NCBI GenBank assembly: GCA_013265495.1
Contig: MU059418.1
Coordinates: forward strand, 4,634,773-4,698,772
Direction of reading: 5' to 3'
Source: Vicugna vicugna
Lineage: Eukaryota
DNA: 64,000 bases
Shown: positions 20,512 to 33,586 of the stretch, one piece after another
How the letters are laid out: each line of letters opens with the position of its first letter
Position numbering within the stretch: position 1 is the first letter of the stretch
The notes under the pieces: model-generated
Told to the model about the DNA's origin: nothing
Database searches by the model: none
Seen by the model: the letters and a program-made list of their open reading frames with translations, nothing else
Program-made: the position numbers and the translations under genes

Positions 20512-22399
20512 AGCTTTTGAGATGAGGTAATTTGAGCTGGGTCCTGAGGGAGGAGTAGGATTCCAGTTTCTGTGGCTGGATCCAGATCTTTCTGCTGAGT
20601 CTATCCAACTACAAAATGGAGATGATGACACCTAGTTTCTGGCTGCCTCTGGGGAGATGGTCTTACTTAAAGTCCCCCAGGAGGAAGACAGCACACAATT
20701 AAACGGCATCATTACCATTCAGCGGGAAAAGCGCCTTCACAGGACAAATGAACTGATCCCCACCAAATATGCTTCTGCTGGGGTTGTGTGTAATTGACTA
20801 TTTAGTGTGGATTTAACCCAGGGAGCCAACTCCTGTTGGTTAGAGTCCAGTTTAATGCAATACTTGATAAACGTGGAGGTCATTAACACCATTCAGATGC
20901 TGGATGCGTGTGAACTTTGTGCTGCTTTCATGACTGAAGCATTTTCAGGGAGATGAAGTTCTGGACTCTTTCCTCAAAGGGAACTGGAAGTACAATCCCT
21001 GGCCTGGGCCTTTGCTTCAGCTGTAACCTCCTCCTGGAGATTGAATGCCACTTACTCTGGGAAGCCTTCCATGATTGCCAAGAGCAGAGTCTGATGCTTC
21101 TCCTGTGTTCTTATGTCATTCTGCACACACTTCCTTTGTAGAACTCAAAATATCCTATTGTCTTAGTTTCTGTGTCTGTCTCTCCCACCGGAGCACAAGA
21201 TCTTGTCCCCAGGGTTTACCCAAAATACTGCTGGCATTCAGTGAATTTCTGCTGAATGAAGCCTTTCAGATTTCAGAATTGTGGGAGATCTTGGGTCTCA
21301 AGAAAAAGTTCTGGCGTTTGGATTTTCCTGGGAAGGGCAAACCCTCTATGGTGTTGACGTGTAATCTATCTTCTGATGGAAATTCTGTCTGATGAGCCCA
21401 GCATTGAAATGTGAACCTCTCCTTCTTTGTAGCAGACCTGCTCCTGGAAAGTCCTAGGGCACAGGAATAGGACCTGGGCACCAAGTGTTTATAGACACCC
21501 AAGTGTGGAATCCAGCCCTTGGTTCACACCTTGTAGAAAGCAAGAGAACAGGCCTTGAACTATCAAAGTTGGTTATCTGCTGGAAGGCTCCTGGAGCCTT
21601 TTTTTCCTAAGAGTCGGGAATATGATGAGCCCTCACTGATGCTTGGGCTTTGCTGGCTCCAAATAAATGTGTCCTTGGCCTTTCTGGCACATAGGAGATG
21701 TCCCTTCCATTTGGAGGAAATCAGCCCCTTGATTTTGGTCCTGCATTCTGAATTCGTCAGGATGCGCCACTCTGAGCATTCCTGGTTTCATGCTGGAGCT
21801 GAACCTAAGGGCGGAGAAGGCTGATGGAGCACTGTACAACTGGGCTCAGGCAGGAACCACCCAAGGTCAGGCACTTGGCCAAGATCCTATCCCAAGAACC
21901 ATCTATTCTGAACTTGGACTCTAGACTCACCACAGTCTCTGGCTGACCCTTGCAGCTGGCATTGCTGCCTCCAGGTTCAAAGTCTGGGGTGGGGGCTTCA
22001 AACGGGTCATGGCTAGGTATAGTATCCTTGCCCCAGCAGGGATGGAGGAGGGCGTGTGTCCATCCTATCCATCTGCCATGACTGGGGTTAGGGGGGAGGT
22101 GCTGCCTCTTCCTGCCTCTTGGGATTCCCACAAATGGGGGTTCAGATATTGGGTGTGTGACAAATATCAGCTTCCCCCACTCTATGAACTCCATATTCTC
22201 TTTGTGTGCTTTTCAGAAGGGCTCATCACCTGGTCCCAGTTAGTCACTCAACAAATACTCATTTGAACCTACCTGTATGTACCAGGAAGGGCTCTTGGTG
22301 CTGGGAGATAGCGATGAACAAAGGAAACAGAGTTTACATTCCACTGGGGGAGAGACTGATGTACATAGAAAGTAAGGAATGTCTACTTAGAAAGAGAAT

Positions 22400-22980
22400 T
22401 TCTGTAACCTATACCCCAAAACTCAGTGGCTTAAAATACTCATTTATGTAGCTCATGATTTCGTGGGTCAGGAATTTGGGAGAGGCTGGGCTGGGAGGTC
22501 CACCTCTGCTCCATGTAGCATTGGCTGAGGTGTCTGGTGCTGAAGAATCCACTTCTAAGTTGGTTTCTCTTTTGCCCACAATTTTGTAGTGAAAAATTTC
22601 AAATATACAGAAAAAAAGTTGAAAGAATTGTACAGCACACATTATACCGGCCACCTAGATTTTACACTTCACATTCTGCCATCTTTGCTTTATTACACAT
22701 CTAACCTCTCTCCCCGTCTCCAAGATGGCTTCCTCACTCCCAGGTCTGGTATCTGATGCTCCTTGGAGTCCCTTTCTCCCCATGTGGTTTGGGCTTCTCA
22801 CAGCTCAGTGGTCTCAGGCTAGCCGCACTTCTTACATGGTGGCTGATTCCAGGCCAATTAAGTGTCATGCCTGAAATGGACATAGCATCTCTTCCACTGC
22901 ACGCTACTGGTCAAAGCAGTCCTGGGGCAGAAGAGCTTGTGGGTTAGGCCATACTGCTGGAGCCATCTCTAGAAAAAGTA
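22400..22980. mobile_element. Old MaLR LTR (MLT1J/K-like) interrupted by an L1 3' fragment (~22580-22710)
   Basis: ccccaaaactcagtggcttaaaa...gctcatgatttcgtgggtcaggaatttggg...tctctccccatgtgg; subfamily assigned by eye. Confidence 0.6.
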
Positions 22981-23833
22981 ATTAGCTAGAAAGGATGATC
23001 AGGAAAGCCCTTTTAAAAAAGTTAGTATCTAGGCTGATCCTTGAGGGATGAGAACAAGCCTGTCTTGTAAAAAGCTGGGAGAAGAGAGCATTCCAGGCAA
23101 AGACACCAACAAAGGCAAAGGCTGGGAGGTGGAAAAGCGAGTCTTGTACCCCTACTTTCCTTTTCCCGTATCCAAATCCAGCCCATCATCTGGGACCCAC
23201 ATCAAGCTACCTCCCTCATGAAGCCTTCCCAGATACATCAGTCCCTGCTGATCCTTCCCCTCTTCCTAGAGCACTCATGCCTGGTGCGCTTTTCTGGCTG
23301 GAACAGGTTGGTTGGGTAGAGCAGTGGTTATGCACATAGTCTCTGTGAGGACTTGGGGAAATTGCTTAACTTCTCCAACCCTATGTTTGTTCATGTGTAG
23401 ATGAGAATAATAATACCTACTTTATAGGGTTGCTGGGGGAGAATATTAATATATGTGAGGTGCTGGGCACCTGGTGAATACTCAATGAATGTCAGCTACA
23501 ATTAATAATTTCAAACTGGTTCATCCCGATGTGTTAAACTATTCAAAAATTTTTTTTAGAGCAGACACCATGCCTTTTTCAACTTTTTCTCTTTCATCAT
23601 GTAAGCAGTGTGTCTTGCATGGATGTTATGGATAGGAACAAGCACGCCACAGAGCTCTCCACTGTGCTGTGTTGTTAATGAAGCCATGCAGGGCACAGAG
23701 ATGAGCAAGACTCAGCTGGATCCCTCCAGAAGCTTCCAGAGAGTGAGAAAGTAGCTGTGCTTGCAGCAGCCATGCTGGGGAATCTTTCACATTTGGATAC
23801 AGATAGTAACAGGTTTCAAAGCACCTGCACATC

Positions 23834-24226
23834 TGTATTAGCTTGCTAGGGCTGCCTTAACACAATACCACAGACTGGGTGGCTTAAACAACAGATATTT
23901 TCTCACAGTTCTGGAGGCTAGGAATCAGAAATCAAGGCTGAGGGCTGTCGGGAAGAATCTGTGTCTCTCCCCCAGCTTCCAGTAGTTTGAGGGCAATCTT
24001 TGGCATTCCTTGGCTTGTAAAAGCACCACTCTGATCTTTGCTTTCATCTTCACATGGCCTTCTCCCTATGTGTGCATCTGTGCCCAAATCTTTCCCTTTA
24101 ATAAGGACCCCAGTCATATTGGATAAGGGCCCATTCTAATAACCTCATTTTAATTTGATTATCTCTGTAAAGAACCTGTCTCCATATATGATCACATTCC
24201 GAGGGACCAGGTTTAGTTCCCCAACA
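23834..24226. mobile_element. MaLR LTR (MLT1A-C-like)
   Basis: Begins tgtattagcttgctagggctgccttaacacaataccacagactgggtggcttaaacaacag, a characteristic MLT1 terminus. Confidence 0.8.
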
Positions 24227-25060
24227 TCATTAATTATCAGAAAAGTGCAAATCAAAACTACAATGAGTACCACCTCACACCAGTCAGAATGGCTATCATT
24301 AAAAAGTCTATAAGTAACTAATGCTGGGGAGGGTGTAGAGAAAAGGGAACCCTCCTACACTGTTGGTGGGAATGTAAACTGGTGCAAGCACTATAGAAAA
24401 CAGTGTGGAGGTTCTTCAAAGAACTGAAAATTGAGTTGCCATATGATCCAGCAAACCCACCTGGGCATAATACATCTTGAGAAAACTCTAATTCAAAAAN
24501 NNNNNNNNNNNNNNNNNNNNNNNNNNNNNNNNNNNNNNNNNNNNNNNNNNNNNNNNNNNNNNNNNNNNNNNNNNNNNNNNNNNNNNNNNNNNNNNNNNNN
24601 NNNNNNNNNNNNNNNNNNNNNNNNNNNNNNNNNNNNNNNNNNNNNNNNNNNNNNNNNNNNNNNNNNNNNNNNNNNNNNCACAAAAAAGAATAATGCCATT
24701 TTTGCAGCAACGTGGATGGAACTAGAGATTATCATACAAAGTGAAGTAAGTCAGAAAGAGAAAGACAAATATCGTATGATATCACTTATGTGTGGAATCT
24801 AAAATATGACACAAATGATCTTATTTACAAAACAGATACAGACTCACAGACATAAAAAACAAACTTATAGTTACCAAAGGGAAAAGAGGGTGGAGGATGG
24901 GTTAATTAGGAGTTTTGGATTAGCAGATACTAATATATATCAGATATATAAAATAGATAAGCAACAGAGTCCTACTATATAGCACAGGGAACTATATTCA
25001 ATATCCTATAATAAACCATAATGGAAAAGAATATGAAAAAAATACATATATCTGAATTTT
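24227..25060 (+). mobile_element. 5'-truncated L1 (ORF2 3' end and 3'UTR), contains N-gap 24500-24678
   Basis: gcaaatcaaaactacaatgagtaccacctcacaccagtcagaatggc...gcagcaacgtggatggaactagagattatcatacaaagtgaagtaagtcag...atagcacagggaactatattcaata. Confidence 0.9.
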
Positions 25061-25069
25061 AAAAAAATT

Positions 25070-25415
25070 TGGACCAGGGCTGCAGTCATCTGAAGCCTCA
25101 CTGGGGCTGGAGGATCCACTCCCAAGACTGCTCACACACGTGGCTGCCACGCTGGGAGTTGGTTGCTGACAAGAATCTCAGTTATTACTCATGCAAACCT
25201 CTCCCAGGGCTGCTTGAGTGTTCTCACGATATGGATCCCTCATGAGTGATCAAAAGAGAGCAAAGAGGAAGAACAATCTCTTTTATGTCTTAGTCTCATA
25301 CATGATTTCCACAATATCCTATTGGCTGTATCAGTCAGCCCTATTCAGTGTGGGAAGGCACTACACAAGGGCATGGATCGCAGAGTCAAGAAACATCTGG
25401 ATCCATAGTGGAGGC
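25070..25415. mobile_element. Partial old MaLR LTR (MLT1H-J-like)
   Basis: gggctgcagtcatctgaagcctcactggggctggaggatccact...ccctattcagtgtgggaagg...ggaggctgcttaccac. Confidence 0.6.
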
Positions 25416-25879
25416 TGCTTACCACGTCCTACTAGATCTCCTTTCCCCTCATTACTTGCCCCACCCATACTCAGTCAGGAGCTCTTACTGTCATCCAAAC
25501 ATTTATCACATAGGATAATATGTTCAGACTGTAAGCCCCATGAGGGCAGAGACTGCATCTGTCTGGTTCAGCAACCAGCATAAGGCATAGAGTAGGTACT
25601 CGGTGAAAGTTTTCAACGAATACTGATAATTTTCTTCCGTCTGAATTACAACACTGCTTGTTTGTCTCCTCTCTGCATTATAGGCTCCTAGTTCAGGGCC
25701 TGATATAGAATTAAGGCTTCTATAAACGTATATAAACATTTGCTGAAATGGGCTGTGATAAAGGGGATTGGAGAATCCAGAAGGTCTGGATCTTGCTTCT
25801 GCCGGCCTCTCCCTTCTGCTCAAACCCACAGAATAGGGACAAAGGTCTGACAAAGCCAAGTGGCCAAGATCCACCAACC

Positions 25880-26370
25880 CTAGCAACGCGGGGCGGGCGG
25901 AGCTGAGCCCGCCGGTTACTAAGGAACGTCACTTCCGGGATCCAGGGTCGCGGGGAACCACTTCCGGGGGCGCGGCGCGGCGAAGCGGGAGGTGAGTGCG
26001 GTGCTGCCTGCTGCCGGGTCGGGTTTTCGGGGCGGGGCGGAGTCGCAGAGGCTGCGGGAACCGAAAAGGGGTTGCGCCCAGGCGCCGCGGCCCGGCTGTG
26101 ACGGCGGCGCTGCTCTGCCCGCCCGGGTGGCGCTCGGCGAGCGGCTCAAATAACTTCCTGGGGCGCTCGTTCGGAAGTTAACTGCAGAGGGGAGTTTGAG
26201 TCTGAGGGAGGCGGAAGGCTTCTCTTGCTGCCGCCCAGAGCTTTTGTTCGCAGCCGGGGCCAGAACCCGGTGCTTCTCACAGCTGTGACCTGGCTTTTCT
26301 TTCCACGGGCGGAGCGTTAGGAGGAGCCAGAGCTCCTGAGTCAGTCTCGCTGGGGTTCGACCCCCGAGTG
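25880..26370 (+). promoter_or_regulatory. MANBAL: MANBAL CpG-island, TATA-less promoter with ETS sites and GC boxes
   Basis: The only CpG-dense block in the window. CACTTCCGG at 25930-25938 and 25959-25967; GGGCGG boxes; no TATA box seen. Confidence 0.9.
25940..25991 (+). other. MANBAL: MANBAL non-coding exon 1 (start approximate)
   Basis: Strong donor GAG|GTGAGT at 25991/25992 inside the CpG island, upstream of coding exon 2. Confidence 0.75.
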
Positions 26371-26999
26371 TACCTGTATTGCTGTGTAACCGTGGGTGAT
26401 CTCTGGTTGCCTCTTTGGTTCTGTTTCCTCCTCTGTAAAATGGGCCCATAGGCTTGTTCTAAGAATTAAATGAGATGGTGAATGCAAAGCGCTTAGTGAA
26501 TGCACAGAGAGTGTTTGCTGAATTAGTTTCTTTTAAGACAAGTGGGAAACGAGTATGTGAAACCCCACACCTTTTAAGTGGTGGCAACAAACTCGGATTT
26601 AGTAATTATATTTTGCAGGACATCTGCCCACCAGTTTCAGCCCACTGGATGCCGGTTCTGACTGCTCTGGGAGATGGCTTACTTTTCCATAGGACAAAAT
26701 TCTAACCCAGTTTTGAGCAGTTCTTGAGAATTTGTTATAATGGGATGGGTCTGGGTATGCAGTCCACGGCTATAAGACAGTAATTCCTGACACTGGTTTT
26801 CTGTTTCGCAGTGTGTTTCAGTGGAATTCTCAGAACAGAATTTTAAAACCACTTCATTAGAAGCTAAGAATCCCCTACCAACATACTTAAAATCTGGGTT
26901 TTTCAGTCTTAGAGAATTTTAGTTTCTATTTGCTAAGTCTGGACAGCTATTCATGTCTCAGGGCTTATTTATTTATTTTGAAGTGTTGGGGTTTTTTTT

Positions 27000-28640
27000 C
27001 CCAGTAAACTTTTTACTTTAGAACAATTTTAGATTTACAAAATTCTTGTGAAGATACTGCAGTTCCCACATGCACCCCTCCAATTTCCCCTACTATTAAC
27101 ATCTTGCATTAGTATAGTACTTTTGTCACAATTAGTGAACCAACATTGGTAAGTTATGATTAACTAAACCCCATGCTTTATGCAGATTTGCTGAGTTTTC
27201 TCCTAGTGTTCTTTTTCTGTTCCAGGATCCCACATTACATTTAGTTAGTTGTGTCTCTTTAGGCTCCTAGGACTGTGATGATTTCTCAGACTTCCCTCGT
27301 TTTAGGGAAACTTGACAGTTTTTGAGTACCAGTCAGTTGTCTTGTAAAATGACCCTCAGTTGGGATTTGTCTGGTGTTTCCCTCATGACGAGATTGGAGT
27401 TATAGATTTGGGGGAGGAAAACCCTAGAGGTAAAGTGCCATTCTCATCACATCACATCAGGAATATGTACTATCGGTGTAAGTTATCATAGTTGATGTTA
27501 ACCCAGATAACTAGCTTGGGGTAGTCAAGCTTTTCCACTGTACAGTTACTCTCCTTCCCCCGCTTTTCCATATTGCGCTTGGAAGAAAGTCCTTATGCAC
27601 AGCCCACGCTTAAGGAGTGTGGAATTATATTTCACGCTTAAAGGCAGATTATGTACATAAATAATTTGTAATTCTTCTCCGTGGAAAATTTGTCCACTTA
27701 TTAAATCATTTATATCAGTGCCTTGGATATTTATTTTCATACCTTGAATTATAATCCACTACTATATTTTGTTGTGCAAATTGTTCTGACTTTGGCAGTT
27801 GGGCGCTCTTTGAAGTGGCTCCTGTATCCCTNNNNNNNNNNNNNNNNNNNNNNNNNNNNNNNNNNNNNNNNNNNNNNNNNNNNNNNNNNNNNNNNNNNNN
27901 NNNNNNNNNNNNNNNNNNNNNNNNNNNNNNNNNNNNNNNNNNNNNNNNNNNNNNNNNNNNNNNNNNNNNNNNNNNNNNNNNNNNNNNNNNNNNNNNNNNN
28001 NNNNNNNNNNNNNNNNNNNNNNNNNNNNNCCCCCCCCATTTCTAGGCCCTCTCAGCACACAGCAAGAGATACGTGTGTACATCCTAACCTACTTATATGC
28101 TCACATATCTATAAATATTTATGTAGCCATTTGTATCTATATTGAGCTAAATATGAGTTCATATTTATGTCTGCAACTCATCCATTCCAAGTGGATCATT
28201 CCAGCCTTCTCTGGCTTATCTGTAACCTCCTACTCCAATTGTGACAAACCTTGCTCCCACCAAATACCATCCATTTACTTAATTGTTCAGTTCTGGTGTA
28301 CATGTATAGTTTCAGAATTATTAACCTATATCCCATGTGGGAAAAACTTTATTAATTAGAGTAGACTGCATATGTACAGTTCCTTTTGCCATTAGTCTAC
28401 AGACTCCACTCATTTCCAGAGTTACGGAGGTCAGCACCTGATTTCCCCTACCCTTTCAGTGAAATTATTTAATCCATTTGTAATACATTTAGATTCAGAA
28501 TATCACATTCTGCGTTCCATCCTGGATATCTAAATGATTTTTTAAAAATCATTTGCATACATTTAAGTTTACTCTTTGTGCTGTAAAGTTCTATGGATTT
28601 TGACAAATGCTTAATGTCTTATATTTACCATTACAGTATC
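27000..28640 (-). mobile_element. Old L1 3' region (L1MC-like), contains N-gap 27832-28029
   Basis: ttttactttagaacaattttagatttacaaaa...attaacatcttgcattagtatagtacttttgtcacaatt...gtaaagttctatggattttgacaaatgc. Confidence 0.75.
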
Positions 28641-31249
28641 GTACAGAAGAGTTTCACCTTCAGGTATTATTTTTAACTTCTTTCTTTCAGATTTCACCTC
28701 AGCAATCCTGTTGGCCCTCCAAAATATATCTATAACCTAAGAATTCACCACCTCCCCTGCTTCCTGCTGCAAGTGTGTCTTTTTGACTATTATAGTGGCC
28801 TCCTAACTGGTCTCCCTGCTTCCACTCTTGTCTGCAGTCTCTTCTCAACACAGCAGCTAGAGTGACCATTTACAAATGAGTCAGACCACGGCACTTCTTT
28901 GCTAAGAACCTTCCAGTGGCTCCCCTTTCACTCAGAGGAAAAGCCAAAGCCCTACTGGCTTTACAGGCTTGCTCACTCTACTCTTCTCCTTGATCCTAAA
29001 GTTCATTCCTGCCTCAGGAGCTTATCCCTGGCTGTTTCTCCCTCCTGGGTTACCTAACTGATACTGAAATGACTTGTTCTTTTACTTTCTTCTTGCCTCT
29101 GCTGAAGTGTCAGCTTCTCAGAGGAGCCTTTCCCTGACCACCTGATATAAAATATCACCTTTTATCTCTCTCATTAGATTTTCTCTTAGTATTCATACTT
29201 GACGCAACATTATATCTATATGTGTGTGTTTGCCTCCAATTGGATGAAAACTCCATGGCAGGAACTAGAGTGGTGCTTAATAAGTGTGTCCAGTGAATGA
29301 GTATCTCAGACCACTGGTATAATACCTGCCGGAGTGGTCGTGAAGTGCATGAGATGCTGACTGTAAAGTGCGGTGCACATCTGGCAAGTGATTCACTCAC
29401 CCTTACTGCGACTACTCTGACAGTGGCGGGAGGGTGGGCAGAGCCTGTCACGGAGTCAGGGTTAAGTGCCTCCTAGCTGAGAACTGGAAGGATGAGTAGG
29501 ATTCTTGTGACTTCTATAATCAGGAAAGGAAAGCCCAGAAATCCCAGCAGACAGGCTGGGAAGTAAAGCACAGGGTGCAGAGAAAATTAAATGGGAGTTG
29601 TAGAGCAGACACAAGATGTGTAGAGCGTTTTATGTTTTCCAGAACTTTATTACAACCACCCTCTGGTTATACCTGTTGTTCAATATGAGTATTTATAAAT
29701 TAATTAAAGTTAAGTAAAATTGAAGTGAAAAATTCAGTTCCTTAGTAGCCTCACTTAAGTGCTCAATAGCCACGTGTGGCTGGTGGCCACCATATTGTAG
29801 AGCAAATATAGAAAATTTCCATCATTGCAGAAAGTTCTCTTGAGTAGCATTTCATTAGAATTTATAAAAGTCTTGTGAAGGGAGTAGATAGGGCATGGAT
29901 TTTTCTTTTAAATTGTATTTCTTTTTTCAGTAATATTCCCCCCGAAATGAAAGCTTATGACCCCTTCACTTTAACAGTAACTATTTACATGTTCTTATGG
30001 CCTGTTGACCTTTAGCCAATAAAATCACTGTTTATACATGGTTATAGTTACAGTGTTTATGTAATTGCTTTCTTTCTGTTGGCCTGATACACATTTGTAT
30101 TTGCCATTTTAGTGAAGGGGGCATATGCCGTGCTATGTACCATCATGGCCTAACTGCTTTATTGTTGGACACTTAAGTTGCTTCCTGTTTTTCAGTATTA
30201 TGAATAACATTGCCATGAGCTTTTTTGTATCCGAAGCCTTTTTCTTCTTTTGAATTGTTTCCTTACTGTAAATTCTAGGAAGTGAGTTCTTCAGTCAAAG
30301 GATATAATCACTTTTATGACTCTTGTTATATATTGCCTAATTGCCATTAATGGAAAGAAAGCTTAAAAGCATTATAGCTTTGGGTAGATATTGTTGTTTG
30401 GGTCAGGAGAATATCAAGTGGTCAAGGAATTGGCCCAAAGTATAGCTCATGGCTGAGGGAGGCAGGATTTGTGCTCGCCTCCCCTCACTCCCCATCCCTG
30501 CCTGACTCCTGGCCCCATGTTTTTATTGTACTGCGAGTATTCTTAACAATGTTGCTGTTGTAACAGTAATAAATCTAAGTATTGGTAAGTCCAGGAGGCT
30601 TGTCACAGTCTTAAATATGAAGCTTAGGGCCAGGGGCATTTTTGAAAACATATATTAATGAGGTACAGCTGAAGAAATAAGAGAGCTTTTTCACACCTTG
30701 CTATTCACTTGGCATAAGGATATAGTGTCCTTTCGGGGCTGTATGTTTCCTCCAGTGAAGCTGTCGTTGCAGCCGCCTTGGAATTCACTTCAGGGCCAGT
30801 TTCTGAGCCTCCGTAAACGATCAGCCTGGGTTCTGAGCATCATACCTTGTATTTGACCAAAAATGGTCCTGCGCTTGAGGCCCCACCTGATTCACCACAC
30901 TTGGATCCAGATCGTGTTGGGTTCTTTCCAGAAGTCAAATCCTTCCTGGGAGGATGAAGATCTGCCAGCCCTGAGGAGTTTAGAGGGGAAAAAAAAAGGG
31001 ACTCAGGCTTTGAAGGCCTTTCCCAGAGAAGACAGAAGTGGTGTGAAACAATGGCCATTGGGAAGGCACACGACCTTCCTAAGTGACCAGGTAGAAAGGG
31101 AGACAGTGCACATTTACATAAACCCTAGTTTGTTCACTTAGAAGGTCATCTTTGTTATCCTTTAGTCACTCCTCCATGTGGGAAAAATGTTGCAAATCAG
31201 TGAAGCCACGGAGCCAAGGTGGGGGAAGGTTTTAGGACAGTCTCTTTAG

Positions 31250-31985
31250 TCCAGAGCCATCCATAATATAATGCAGGCCACGTGTGTCATTTAAAAATTT
31301 CTAGTAGCCACGTTTAAAAGGTAAAAAGAAACATATAATTAGTTTTTTTGTGATAAAATATTCATAACATGAAATTTACCATTTAACCATTTTTAAGTGT
31401 ACAATTCAGTGGTTCATGATGTGTATAACTATTGCCCCTGTATCCAGAACTTTTTCATCACGCCAGACTGAATCTCTGTACCCATTCATCAGTAACTCCC
31501 CATTTCCCCTCCTCCAGCCCCTGGTAACCTCTGTTCTAGTTTCTATCTCTCTGAATTTGCCTGTTCTAGGTACTTCATATAAGTGGAATCATACAATATT
31601 TGTTCTTTCCTGTCTGTCTTACTTCACGTAGCATAATGTTTTTAAGGTTTATCTATGTAGTAGCACATATCAGAATTTCATTCATTTTAGTAGCTGAATA
31701 AATTTCCTTTGTATGTCTGTACCACTTGTTTATCCATTCATCTGTTGATAGATTCCTGATTGTTTCCATCTTCTGGCTATTGTGACTAGTGTGGCTGTAA
31801 TCCAATATATCATTTCAACATGCAATCAAATAAAACATTGTTAATGAGTTATTTTAAATTCTTATGTTCATACTATTTTCTCAATTGAGTGTTGTACCTA
31901 TCTTAACAGTGATCTTAATTTGGACTAGCTGTGTTTCAACTCTCAATAGCCACATGTGGCTCATGGCCACCATATTGGACAGCTC
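31250..31985. mobile_element. MER3/MER33-like DNA transposon split by an L1MB-like 3' fragment (~31345-31795)
   Basis: Left part atttaaaaatttctagtagccacg; right part tcaatagccacatgtggctcatggccaccatattggacagc; L1 text (aatttaccatttaaccatttttaagtgtacaattcagtgg) lies between them. Confidence 0.7.
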
Positions 31986-33436
31986 AGATTTATCAGCAAA
32001 TTGTCTTGTCACAGAGGTCCCTGAAAACACAAAGGGCTTTGGAATCAGGTGGGCTTGGTTCCAAAGTAAGTTTTCCCCTTTCTCATTGGGGTAGGCAGAA
32101 GGAAGCCACCCGTGGGTGCTCTGGAGAGCGGATCAGTCACACCAGGGTGGGAGGAGGGCAGTAAGAAAGGCATGCTGGGGAGGAGACACGAGCTTGGCCT
32201 TGGAGGTAGAGTGGGGGCTTTGCCAAGCAAAGTGGGAAAAGGCATTCTTGGCAGAGTGTGCAGCTTGGGTGGAGGCCCAGGATTGTGTAAGAGCCCCATG
32301 CTCTTGGAGAGCCACAGGCAGTTCTTTCAGCATGGCCGGGGGTTAGGAGAGGGGGGCCCTGGTGAAAGGAGAGGCTACGGGGTGGGCTGAGGCCAGACCT
32401 GCCACCTCTGGCCACCACTGCTGCTGTCGCCCCTGTCCCCAGCATCTCTTATTTGGGTTACTGGTAGGAGCCTCCTCACTGGTCTCCCTTTGTCCACTCT
32501 GCACCCTCTCGGCGCCCCCGCCCCATTTAAAATGTAAATCAGATCATGTCGCTTTTCTACTCAAAAATCCTTCTGTGGCTTTACATTTTACTCCATCAAA
32601 TCGGGAGTGTCAGGGTCCTACAAGTTCAGCCCCCATTCCCCTCTGACCTTGCCCCCTTCCACTCTCCCTCCTGCACTCCTCTCTGGCCAGTTTGGACTCA
32701 CATCCCTGCCCTGGGGCCTCTATACTTGCTTTTCTGTCTGCCTGGAAGATACTTCCCTGAGATGTTCCACCGGCTCACTCTCACACTTCGTCTCTCTGCC
32801 ACCTTATTCCTGTCTCTTCTTCAGAGAGGCCCTTCTTGTCACCCTTCGTAAAATAAGATGATGCCCTTCTGAAGTTTTTTTCAAAACAGTTATTACTGTC
32901 TGGCATATCACATCTGGGTGCGCTATTTGTCTGCATCTGTCCTGAGATGTAGGCCCCAAGAAAGCAGGTATTTATCTGTTTTGCTCAGTCTTCAGTGCTT
33001 AGTGTTCAGTAAGTATTTGTTGAATGAATGACTGGATAATGAACGAATAAACAAAACCTGTAACAGAGCAGGCCTTCAATAAATACATTCTTCCTGTTCT
33101 ATGTCATCAACAGGCACATGTTGATTTGCGATTTTTGTTGAAGTGTTCGCATTTATTTATTTTTCGTAAGTTTATATTTATATTTGAAAAAATTTCAAAT
33201 GTACAAAAAAGTTGAAAAAATTGTCCAATTTGACCTCCGTGTATCCTCCACTTAGAATTGTTAACATTTCACTACAGTTGCTTTATATATTCTTGCACGT
33301 AGGTGAGTGTATTTGTGTAAGTGGAACCATGTAAATAAACGTCAGATGTAGAAACATGATATTAACTCTTTGTTTAGAAATTGGCTCTGGAGAGTGGTGA
33401 GTCGGAGGAGACCTCAGGCAGCAGGCAGCTGGGGCC

Positions 33437-33586
33437 ATGGCCTCCGACCTGGACTTCTCTCCTCCCGAGGTGCCGGAGCCCACATTCCTGGAGAACCTGC
33501 TACGGTATGGACTCTTCCTGGGGGCCATCTTCCAGCTCATCTGTGTGCTGGCCATCATCATCCCTGTTCCCAAGTCCCACGAGGCG
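33437..33586 (+). CDS. MANBAL: MANBAL coding exon 2 (codons 1-50); the exon starts at 33378
   Basis: Kozak GCCATGG; translates [50 protein letters not shown]; acceptor tgtttag|AAA at 33377/33378; donor GCG|GTGAGT. Confidence 0.97.

Noticed and set aside
9000-25800. Upstream alternative (placental or testicular) GHRH first exons known from rodents
   Set aside because: Several minus-strand donor-like sites exist (e.g. ~12840, ~13630), but none can be singled out from sequence alone.
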